Below are positions 50,201-62,200 of a stretch of 64,000 nucleotides of DNA, piece after piece. The stretch's first letter is position 1. Every line of letters begins with the position of its first letter. The stretch lies in assembly GCA_963920595.1 (NCBI GenBank), contig OY986950.1, positions 5,084,001 through 5,148,000 of the forward strand, written 5' to 3'. The translations under genes were made by a program, and so were the position numbers. This DNA is from Eimeria praecox. Its lineage: Eukaryota. Below the pieces are notes generated by a model. It was not told where the DNA came from. It searched no databases and was given only the letters and a program-made list of their open reading frames with translations.

Positions 50201-53200
50201 TGACCTTAATAATGTTCTGTACTATGTAGAAAAGGCAAACCTGAGGGCCGCCACAGTACGTGTGGTCGCTGACCATCGTTCAGGCTATGGCGTTGACACA
50301 GGCGGCGCATGGCATGCTTGTGTTCGAGAGAGTCAGAGACAGGATTATAGAGCTTCAGAATGACTTGTTAGGGATTTCATTTATAGACGTACAAAGGTGT
50401 GTGGCTTGCCTACTAGTTAGTGCGTGCAGACGAGAAGCCTCTGCCTTGACTGAAACACATGCATTACAGTTGCAGCGCATAGCCAGGCAGGTCTCTACCT
50501 GTCATGCTTCTCAGCAGCGCTGAGCGCTGCTGAGAAGCATGACAGGCCTACCATGAGGTTGCACAGGCAGCGTAAGGGTGGTGTAGGTGTTGTGAGAAGA
50601 TTGGACCCTGAGGGCGGCGCTCGCAAGCGCGTAGAGACGTGGACGTCGGCGCATTTGTTTTGGGGTACCGCAGCTGTGGTTAGCAAATTCTTTCTCCTTT
50701 GTGAGCGTGAGCGCAAACATTATCAAGGCAAGGATTCCATGTTTGCAAGGCACCAGAAGATCACCGGCTTCCGTACAGGAGGCTGTGCCAAACGTAATGC
50801 TTGCTTTGAAGGAGGGGATGGCTGAATATGAGGGTGGGTTGGGGGCCGTTCCATCATGAACCAGAATGCTGAGTTTTTGCGACTATCTGTTTCGGGCATA
50901 TCAGATCAGGGCCAAACGGCTTCCTAGACTGCGCGTTGTGTGATGCAGTGTCTTGTCAAGTTGGAATGAGGTTATGCCTATATTTTTAGAGGTAGGTCTG
51001 AGTGTGCATGCCTTGACACTTGAGCAGCGACTATGCCGGCTCGTTTGTTTGGCTAGCAAGTTTCATTTGAAGTGCCACGGTGAGTTGTTTGTTCGGTTGT
51101 CTGCGGCTTTGTTGATGGGTCTGTGCGTGTATGCGTGTATGGCTGAATCATACAGTTCAGGCAGGCGGTTATTAACGGCAAAACGCACAGTGTGAGGATA
51201 AGGGCCTCTTTAGCATGTGGTCGGGTTTGCCGCATTGGCTGGCAGGTCAGCCAGGTTCTTTACTGAGCAATCGACAGCTCAAAAGATTGCAAATCCGTGC
51301 TTTGTGCCAGTTACTGCGTGTGTGTGGGCCAGACAGTACGATGAATAGAGGGGTGTGCACCCTCAATGATATTGACAAAGCACTATGGCCGGCCGCAAAT
51401 TTTGGAGATTTCGTACTCGCCTCGTGGGGGCCATTCGAAGCGTCTTTGCATGCAAGCCACGCGGGTGATACTTGGGAGCACCAAAGTGCGTGTTTGCATT
51501 CAGCAGAGCTTAGCGAACGCCGTCACGACACCTAGGCAGCACCTACCGTTGTTATCCTTAGGCGACGCACAACCAGAGATTCATTTGCAGCAAGGAACAT
51601 CGTGCTTTGCATTGATAGTCCCCGCTACGTTCCAGGAAGTGCGATGCTATATCCTGCATTTGCATCCAGACGAAAAACGCATAGGTTCTTGGGCGCCTGA
51701 GACGCGATATTAATTGCGGAATTCTCTGGCGAGACCAAACCAGAAGGCCCATAAGGTACGCTGAGTGTTGCTCGCCACCATTGCAATAAAAGGACTGACG
51801 TTGCAAGACACCGTGCTTCAGAGGTACGTGAAAGTGCTGAATGATAGAGGTTGTAGCTGATGGTTGAGGGCGCCTTTACCTTGGAGGACATGCGCGGTTG
51901 TGTGGGGGAAGCAGGCCAATGGCAGTGCGCAACGAATTTGCAGCCTTGGCGGAGTATGGGGTAGCTGGTGAAGGCGTCAATACAATACAATCATACGACA
52001 GTGGAAGGCCGGCTGTGGAGCTGTTTTGCATGCCTCTGGCTAAGGGCCACGCTCGATGTGGCTTTTTGTGCCGGATGAACTGACGCTTGGTAGATTATTA
52101 ATTGGCTGTAAGCATGGCGCCATGCTGGTGTTGCAGGTGTGGTTTGTCTACCTACGCTGCTGCATAAGCGTGGAATGATCTGCGCGTGCTAACGCGCTTT
52201 CCGCCGAGCAGCAGGGCATAATGGCACCGCGAGGCACTCCGGAGAGAGCATATCCGTTATATGTGTATAGCGTTTTGAATAGCAGATAGCAAACACAAGT
52301 AAAAGATCAACGGTGGAGTAGATTTCTCTGCGGCATGTTGGATGCAAGGGATACACTAGTGTGGCGCGGAGGGGCGAAACCGATATATTGGAGAGAGCAG
52401 GCCCTTTTGTGGGACGTAGAGAGTCGAAGGATCTGACATTAGGTACACACCCTACAAGGGCCACGATTTTCTGGAGCAGAGCGTACGATGCGTCGTCATG
52501 TATGCAGCATCGTTGTCCAGTTCAAGGCATCCACCTCAGCAGAGACGCTGGAGAGTCAATCTCTATCATGCCCATACTAACCCATGCGTTGCATTCGAAC
52601 GTTAGTATAGGTAGCTTTGAAGCGCAGCGTGATGCGTGTGGAAGTTGAATATAGGTTATGGAATCGTGTTTGGACAGGCGGTGCATGCCATGCTTGTTTT
52701 CGGGTGTTGCCGGCATAGGATTGTACAGCATGCGCTACTCGGGCCGTTCCATGCGCAGCGCCAAAGTAGCTAGCTTGCCTGCTAGCTAGTCTGCGCCGAC
52801 AAAGCGCATCCGTCTTCAGCATAGCTAATGCCTTACTGTTGCACGTAATAAGCCAGTGCTGCTTCTTCTTTAGGTCTATCTGTGTGGCGAACAACGGCAG
52901 GCGTGGTGTACCGTGAGGTTCAGCATGCTGCATAAGGGTGCTTTAGGTGTTGTGAGGAGATTCGACCCTGCAGGCGGCGCTGGCAAGGGCCCGCAGACGT
53001 GGACGTCGGTGCATTTGTTTTGGGGTACCGCAGCTGTGGCTATCAAGTTTTTTCTCCTTTGTGAGCGTGAGCGCAAACATTATCACGGCAAGTATGCCAT
53101 GTTTGCGAGGCACGAGAAGATCACGGGTGCCCGTAGGGTGTCCGTAGAGTAGGCTGTGCCAAACGTATTGCTTGCTTTGAAGGAGGGGATGGCTGAATAT

Positions 53201-56200
53201 GAGAGTGGGGTGTAGGCAATTCTGTCATGAAGCAGGATGCTGAGGTTTTGCGACTATCGGTTTCGGGAATACGAGATCAGGGCAAAACAGCTTCCTAGAC
53301 TGCGCGTTGTGTGATGCAGTGTCTTGTCAAGTTGGAATGAGGTTATGCCTATTTTTTTAGAGGTAGGTCTGAGTGTGCATGCCTTGATACTTGAGCAGCG
53401 ACTATGACGCTCGTTTGTTTGGCTAGCCAGATGCATTTGAAGTGCCACGGTGAGTTGCTTGTTCGGTTGTATGAGACGTTTGTTGATGGGTCTGTGTGTG
53501 GGCGTGCATGTATCCGTTATACCTCAGTCGCACAGTTTAGGCAGGCGGTTATTATTAGGAAAAGGCACAGTGTGAAGACAGCGGCCTCTCTGGCATGTGG
53601 TCGAGTTTGCCGCATTGGCTGGCAGGTCAGCCAGGTTCTTCACTAAGCAATGGACAGCTCAGAAGATTGTAAATCCGCGCCGTATGCAAATGATTGGCTG
53701 CGTGTGTGTCGCAGAGAGTACGATGGCTAGAGGCGTGTGCACCCTCAATGATATTGACAAAGCATTATGGCTTGGCGTAAATTGCGGTGATTTCGTACTC
53801 ACCTCGTGGGAGCCATTCGAAGCATCTTAGCATGCGTGCTACACGGGTGATACTTGGGAGTGCCAAAATGCGTGTTTGCATTCAGCAGAGCTTAGCGAAT
53901 ACCGTCACGACATCTAGGCAGCACCTACCGTTGTCTTCTGCCGGCGACTCATAATCAACCAGAGAATTGTTTGCAGCAAGGAACATCGTGCTTTGCATTG
54001 ATAGTCGCTTTAGGCGACGCGTCGACTACGTTCCAGGAAGTGCGATGCTATATCCTGCATTTGCATCCAGAGGAAAAACGCATAGGTTCTTGGGTGCCGG
54101 AGACGCGATATAAATTGCGGCATTCTCTGGCGAGACCAAACCAGAACGCCCATAAGGTACGCTGAGTGTTGCTCGCCACCATTGCAATAAAAGGACTGAC
54201 GTTGCAAGACACCGTGCTTCAGAGGTACGTGAAAGTGCTGAATGATAGAGGTTGTAGCTGATGGTTGAGGGCGCCTTTACCTTGGAGGACATGCGCGGTT
54301 GTGTGGGGGAAGCAGGCCAATGGCAGTGCGCAACGAATTTGCAGCCTTGGCGGAGTATGGGGTAGCTGGTGAAGGCGTCAATACAATACAATCATACGAC
54401 AGTGGAAGGCCGGTTGTGGAGCTGTTTTGCATGCCTCTGGCTAAGGGCCACGCTCGATGTGGCTTTTTGTGCCGGATGAACTGACGCTTGGTAGATTATT
54501 AATTGGCTGTAAGCATGGCGCCATGCTGGTGTTGCAGGTGTGGTTTGTCTACCTACGCTGCTGCATAAGCGTGGAATGATCTGCGCGTGCTAACGCGCTT
54601 TCCGCCGAGCAGCAGGGCATAATGGCACCGCGAGGCACTCCGGAGAGAGCATATCCGTTATATGTGTATAGCGTTTTGAATAGCAGATAGCAAACACAAG
54701 TAAAAGATCAACGGTGGAGTAGATTTCTCTGCGGCATGTTGGATGCAAGGGATACACTAGTGTGGCGCGGAGGGGCGAAACCGATATATTGGAGAGAGCA
54801 GGCCCTTTTGTGGGACGTAGAGAGTCGAAGGATCTGACATTAGGTACACACCCTACAAGGGCCACGATTTTCTGGAGCAGAGCGTACGATGCGTCGTCAT
54901 GTATGCAGCATCGTTGTCCAGTTCAAGGCATCCACCTCAGCAGAGACGCTGGAGAGTCAATCTCTATCATGCCCATACTAACCCATGCGTTGCATTCGAA
55001 CGTTAGTATAGGTAGCTTTGAAGCGCAGCGTGATGCGTGTGGAAGTTGAATATAGGTTATGGAATCGTGTTTGGACAGGCGGTGCATGCCATGCTTGTTT
55101 TCGGGTGTTTCCGGCAATAGCGGTGTACTGGTATAGCATATCGGTGGCGGGGACGTGATTTATACAGTGCCAAAATAGCTATTTTGTTTACTAGATAGTG
55201 CGTGCAGACCAGAGGCATGCGCCTGGACTAGAACAGATGCCTTGTACTAAGTGCCGGAAGCAAGTGATGCTTGGGCTCTTCCTTTAGCGCTGCTGGGAGC
55301 GCTGATCTGTGTACGGTGAGGTTGCGTATGCTGGGTCATGGGGTGTTAGGGTTTCTTGTGAGAGTGGACCCTGCAGAGGGTGTTGGCAACTGCGTGCAAA
55401 CGTCCACGTCAGGGCGTTTGGTTTTAGGGCACGGCAGCGGTCGTTAACGAGCTTTTTCTCCTTTGTGAGCGTGAGCGCAAACATTATCAAGGCAAGGATT
55501 CCATGTTTGCAGGCCTCCAGAAGATCGCCGGTGTCCGTAGAGTAGGCTGCGCCAAACGTATTGTTTGATTTGAAGGAGAGGATGGCTGAATATGAGGGTG
55601 GGGTGCAGACCGTTCCGTCATGAAGCAGGATGTTGAGGTTTTGCAACTATGTGTTTCGGACATATCAGATCAGGGCGAAACGGCTTCCTAGAATGCGCTT
55701 TGTGTGATGCAGTGTCTTGTCAAGTTGGAATGAGGTTATGCCTCTATTTTTATAGGTAGGTCTGAGTTTGCATTTCGTGACACTTGAGCAGCTGCTATGA
55801 CGGCTCGTTTGTTTGGCTGGCAAGATGCATTTGAACTGCCACGGTGAGTTGTTTGTTCGGTTGTATGCGACGTTTGTTGATGGGTCTGTGTGTGCGTGTG
55901 CATGTATCCGTGTATAGATCAGTCACACAGTTCAGGCAGGCAGTTATTAACGGCAAAAGGCACAGCGTGAGGATAAGGGCCTCTCTGGCATGTGGTCGGG
56001 TTTGCCGCATTGACTGGCAGGACAGCCAGGCCCTTTGCTAGGCAATGAGCAGCTCAGAATATTGTAAAGCCAAGGCCTGTGCTCCCCTGTAGATTTGGCT
56101 CACTTCGTAGTCGCATCAGGGGCGTCATTCCACGCGTTTTAGGACACACGGTACGGTACTGATACTGAGGAGCAGCAAAATGCGTGCTTGCATCCAGCTG

Positions 56201-59200
56201 TGTGTAGGCGACACCGTCAAAGCATGGAGGCATAACAAAAAGGTGTTGTCGTTAGGCAATTCGCGAACAACCAGAAATTATCTTAAAGCCACTAATGCAC
56301 TGCGCTGGTTTCTCACTCTTCTGATGCGCCACATCGACTACGTTTCAGGCAGTGCGCAGACACCTCCGAGGCTGTTTCCAGACGAACGATGTCAAGGTTC
56401 TTGGGCGCGGGAGACGCGATATTAATTGCGGCATTCTCTGGCGAGACCAAGCCAGAAGGCCCATAAGGTACGCTGAGTGTTGCTCGCCACCATTGCAATA
56501 AAAGGACTGACATTACAAGACACCGTGCTTCAGAGGTACGTGAAAGTGCTGAATGATAGAGGTTGCAGCTGATGGTTGAGGGCGCCTTTACCTTGGAGGA
56601 CATTCTCGGTTGTGTGGGGGAAGCAGGCCAGTGGCAGTGCGCAACGAATTTGCAGCCTTGGCGGAGTATGGGGTAGTTGGTGAAAGCGTCAATACAGTAC
56701 GGGCATACGACAGTGGACGGCCCGTAGTGGAGCTGTTTTGCATGCCTCTGGCTAAGGGCCACGCTCGATGTGGCTTTTTGTGCCGGATAAACTGACGCTT
56801 GGTAGATTATTAATTGGCTGTAAGCATGGCGCCATGCTGGTTTTGCAGGTGTGGTTTGTCTACCTACGCTGCTGCATAAGCGTGGAATGATCTGCGCGTG
56901 CTAACGCGCTTTCCGCCGAGCAGCAGGGCATAATGGCACCGCGAGGCACTGATGGAAAAGCATATCCGTTATGTGTGTATAGCGTTTTGAATAGCAGATA
57001 GCAAACACAAGTAAAAGATCAACGGTGGAGTAGATTTCTCTGCGGCATGTTGGATGCAAGGGATACAGTAGTGTGGCGCGGAGGGGCGAAACCGATATAT
57101 TGGAGAGAGCAGGCCCTTTTGTGGGACGTAGAGAGTCGAAGGATCTGACATTAGGTACACACCCTACAAGGGCCACGATTGTCTGGAGCAGAGCGTACGA
57201 TGCGTCGTCATGTATGCAGCATCGTTGTCCAGTTCAAGGCATCCAACTCAGCAGAGACGCTGGAGAGTCAATCTCTATCATGCCCATACTAACCCATGCG
57301 TTGCATTCGAACTTTAGTATAGGTAGCTTTGAAGCGCAGCGTGATGCGTGTGGAAGTTGAATATAGGTTGTGGAATCGTGTTTGGACAGGCGGTGCATGC
57401 CATGCTTGTTTTCGGGTGTTGCCGGCATAGGATTGTACAGCATGCGCTACTCGGGCCGTTCCATGCGCAGCGCCAAAGTAGCTAGCTTGCCTGCTAGCTA
57501 GTCTGCGCCGACAAAGCGCATCCGTCTTCAGCATAGCTAATGCCTTACTGTTGCACGTAATAAGCCAGTGCTGCTTCTTCTTTAGGTCTATCTGTGTGGC
57601 GAACAACGGCAGGCGTGGTGTACCGTGAGGTTCAGCATGCTGCATAAGGGTGCTTTAGGTGTTGTGAGGAGATTCGACCCTGCAGGCGGCGCTGGCAAGG
57701 GCCCGCAGACGTGGACGTCGGTGCATTTGTTTTGGGGTACCGCAGCTGTGGCTATCAAGGTTTTTCTCCTTTGTGAGCGTGAGCGCAAACATTATCACGG
57801 CAAGTATGCCATGTTTGCGAGGCACGAGAAGATCACGGGTGCCCGTAGGGTGTCCGTAGAGTAGGCTGTGCCAAACGTATTGTTTGCTTTGAAGGAGGGG
57901 ATGGCTGAATATGAGAGTGGGGTGTAGGCAATTCTGTCATGAAGCAGGATGCTGAGGTTTTGCGACTATCGGTTTCGGGAATACGAGATCAGGGCAAAAC
58001 AGCTTCCTAGACTGCGCGTTGTGTGATGCAGTGTCTTGTCAAGTTGGAATGAGGTTATGCCTATTTTTTTAGAGGTAGGTCTGAGTGTGCATGCCTTGAT
58101 ACTTGAGCAGCGACTATGACGGCTCGTTTGTTTGGCTAGCCAGATGCATTTGAAGCGCCATGGTGAGTTGTTTGTTCGGTTGTATGAGACGTTTGTTGAT
58201 GGGTCTGTGTGTGGGCGTGCATGTATCCTTGTATAGCTCAATTACGCAGTTCAGGCAGGTGGTTGTAAATCGCAAAAGGCACAGTGTGAAGACAGCGGCC
58301 TGTCTGGCATGTGGTCGAGTTTGCCGCATTGGCTGGCAGGTCAGCCAGGTTCTTCACTAAGCAATGGACAGCTCAGAAGATTGTAAATCCGCGCCGTATG
58401 CAAATGATTGGCTGCGTGTGTGGCGTAGACAGTACGATGGCTAGAGGCGTGCTCAACCTCATTGATATTGACAAAGCATTATGGTTTGCCGTAAATTGTG
58501 GTGATTTCGTATTCGCCTCGTTAGGCCCATCCGAAGCGTCCTAGGAGGCAAGCTTCGCGGGCGTTATTCGGGAGCACTAAAGTGCGTATTTGCATTCAGC
58601 AGAGCCTAATGGACACCTTCACAACACGCAGGAATCACTAAACGGTGTTAACATTGGGCGATTCACGATCAAACAAAAACTAGGTTACAGCCAGGAACGC
58701 AGTTCACCGCATTGGTACTGCCGTTACGCAGCAAATTGACTGCGTTCCAGCGAGTGAGCAGGCACATCCTACCGCTGCTTCGGGACGGACGACGTCATGT
58801 ATGACAAGGGCCTTTCTGCCGGTTGAACTGATGTTTGGAAGATTATTAATTGGCTGTAAGCATGGCGCCATGCTGGTTTTGCAGGTGTGGTTTGTCTACC
58901 TACGCTGCTGCATAAGCGTGGAATGATCTGCGCGTGCTAACGCGCTTTCCGCCGAGCAGCAGGGCATAATGGCACCGCGAGGCACTGATGGAAAAGCATA
59001 TCCGTTATGTGTGTATAGCGTTTTGAATAGCAGATAGCAAACACAAGTAAAAGATCAACGGTGGAGTAGATTTCTCTGCGGCATGTTGGATGCAAGGGAT
59101 ACAGTAGTGTGGCGCGGAGGGGCGAAACCGATATATTGAAGAGAGCAGGCCCTTTTGTGGGACGTAGAGAGTCGAAGGATCTGACATTAGGTACACACCC

Positions 59201-62200
59201 TACAAGGGCCACGATTGTCTGGAGCAGAGCGTACGATGCGTCGTCATGTATGCAGCATCGTTGTCCAGTTCAAGGCATCCAACTCAGCAGAGACGCTGGA
59301 GAGTCAATCTCTATCATGCCCATACTAACCCATGCGTTGCATTCGAACGTTAGTATAGGTAGCTTTGAAGCGCAGCGTGATGCGTGTGGAAGTTGAATAT
59401 AGGTTGTGGAATCGTGTTTGGACAGGCGGTGCATGCCATGCTTGTTTTCGGGTGTTGCCGGCATAGGATTGTACAGCATGCGCTACTCGGGCCGTTCCAT
59501 GCGCAGCGCCAAAGTAGCTAGCTTGCCTGCTAGCTAGTCTGCGCCGACAAAGCGCATCCGTCTTCAGCATAGCTAATGCCTGACTGTTGCACGTAATAAG
59601 CCAGTGCTGCTTCTTTTTTAGGTCTATCTGTGTGGCGAACAACGGCAGGCGTGGTGTACCGTGAGGTTCAGCATGCTGCGTAAGGGTGCTTTAGGTGTTG
59701 TGAGGAGATTCGACCCTGCAGGCGGCGCTGGCAAGGGCCCGCAGACGTGGACGTCGGTGCATTTGTTTTGGGGTAACGCAGCTGTGGCTATCAAGTTTTT
59801 TCTCCTTTGTGAGCGTGAGCGCAAACATTATCACGGCAAGTATGCCATGTTTGCGAGGCACGAGAAGATCACGGGTGTCCGTAGGGTGTCCGTAGAGTAG
59901 GCTGTGCCAAACGTATTGTTTGCTTTGAAGGAGGGGATGGCTGAATATGAGAGTGGGGTGTAGGCAATTCTGTCATGAAGCAGGATGCTGAGATTTTGCG
60001 ACTGTCGGTTTCGGGAATACGAGATCAGGGCAAAACAGCTTCCTAGACTGCGCGTTGTGTGATGCAGTGTCTTGTCAAGTTGGAATGAGGTTATGCCTAT
60101 TTTTTTAGAGGTAGGTCTGAGTGTGCATGCCTTGATACTTGAGCAGCGACTATGACGGCTCGTTTGTTTGGCTGGCAAGATGCATTTGAAGCGCCATGGT
60201 GAGTTGTTTGTTCGGTTGTATGAGACGTTTGTCATTGGGTCTGTGTGTGGGCGTGCATGTATCCTTGTATAGCTCAATTACGCAGTTCAGGCAGGTGGTT
60301 GTAAATCGCAAAAGGCACAGTGTGAAGACAGCGGCCTGTCTGGCATGTGGTCGAGTTTGCCGCATTGGCTGGCAGGCCAGCCAGGTTCTTCACTAAGCAA
60401 TGGATAGCACAGAAGATTGTAAATCCGCGCCGTATGCAAATGATTGGCTGCGTGTGTGTCGCAGAGAGTACGATGGCTAGAGGCGTGCTCAACCTCATTC
60501 GTGTTTGCAGAGATCTGTTCTGCTGTAAAAGATTTCAGACTTTGCAGCCGCATCGCGGACATCATGCGATGCGTGTTAGGATGTATGCTACGCTGCCAGT
60601 ATTGGGGAGGACAATGTTTCATGCATGCGTTGAAGAGGGTCCAAACAAATGGTTCTAGACACCCACCACGAGATGGTGTTACCTTTAGGCGATCCATGAC
60701 CAGCGAGATGCAGGCTTAGAGAGAGCAGCATCGTGCATTGCCCTGCTACTACTCTGAGGCGATACATCGACTACGTTCCAGCGAGTGCGCTGATATGTGC
60801 TGCGTCTTTTGTGTGTCCAGCATAAGGATGTCTAGGGGCTTAGTCGCCGGAAACGCGATGTTGTTTGTAGCGCTTTTGAGAGAACAGAACCCAGGAGGCC
60901 TATAACGTACGGTGAGTGTTGCTCGCCACCACAGCAGTAAAAGGACTGGCGTTACAAGACGCCATGCTTCAGGCACACGTGAAAGTGCTGAATGAAGGAG
61001 GTTGAAGCTGGTGGTTGAGGGCGCCTGTACCTGGGAGGGCATGCGCAAACGCGTGTCAAACGCACGGCTCTGGCAGCCTTCATCGAAGCTGGAGTCCTCG
61101 AGGCGTGTGCGGTTAACATGGCAGTGGCAAAAGTATATCCTACAGTGGATGGCCGGTAGTAGAGCTGTTTTGCCTGGGTCTCGCTACGGGCGATGCTCGA
61201 TATGGCCTTTTGTATCAGTTGAACGGATGCTTGGTAGGTTATTAATTGGTTGTAAGCATGGCGCCATGCTGGTGTTGCAGGTGCGGTTTGCCTACCTTCG
61301 CTGCTGCATAAGCGTGGAATGATCTGCGCGTGCTAACGCGCTTTGCGCCGAGCAGCATGGCATAACGGCACCGCGAGGCACTCATGGAAGACCATATCGG
61401 TTAGGTGTATATAGCGTTTTGAATAGCAGATGGAGAACACAAGGGAATCATCAACGGCGAGGTAGATATATCTGTGGCGTGGTGAGTGCAAGGGATACAG
61501 TAGTAGGGCGCGGGGGGGCCAAACAGATATATTGGGGAGATCAGGGCCCCTTGTGGGACGTATAGCGCCGAATGGGCTGATGTGAGGTTCACACCCTACA
61601 AGGGCCACGATTTTCTGGAGCAGAGTGTACGTGGCGTCGCCTTGAATTTAGTAGCGTTGTCCAGTTCAAGATATCGAACAGAGCATCCTTCGCTACTATG
61701 ACCACACTAGTAAATGCGTTGCATTCGAATGTTAGCATAGGTAGCTTTGAAGGGCAGCGTGATGCGTGTGGAAGTTGAATATAGGTTATGGGATCGTGTT
61801 TGGAGAGGTGGCTCATGCCATGTCTGTTCTGAAGAGAAGCCGGGAATAGGGTTGTAACGTTGCAGCATGCGTAGCTAGGAACGTCATTTATACAGGGGTA
61901 GAGTTGCTACCTTGCCTGCTAGTTTGTGCGTGCCGATCAGAAGCCTCTGCCCCCACTAGAACGCATGCCTTATAGTCGCAGGGCATAGGCTGATGGCGGT
62001 TTTGCTTTTCGTATCCTGCTGCTGAGAACGCCAGCAGGTATACAGTAATCGTGTGTCTGCTGCATAATGGTGTTTTAGGTGTAGTGAGCACATTGGACCT
62101 TGCATGCGGTATTGGCAAGCGCGTGCAAACGTCGACGTCAGCGCATTTGATTTGGGGTACCGCAGGTGTGGCTCGCAAGTTCTTTCAAGTTCTTTCTCCT

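Noticed and set aside
53350..53368. tttttttagAGgtaggt and similar 0-2 nt AG/GT juxtapositions (also cagAGgtacgt near 51.82 and 54.22 kb)
   Set aside because: Not preserved across homologous units and would shift the frame; treated as chance.
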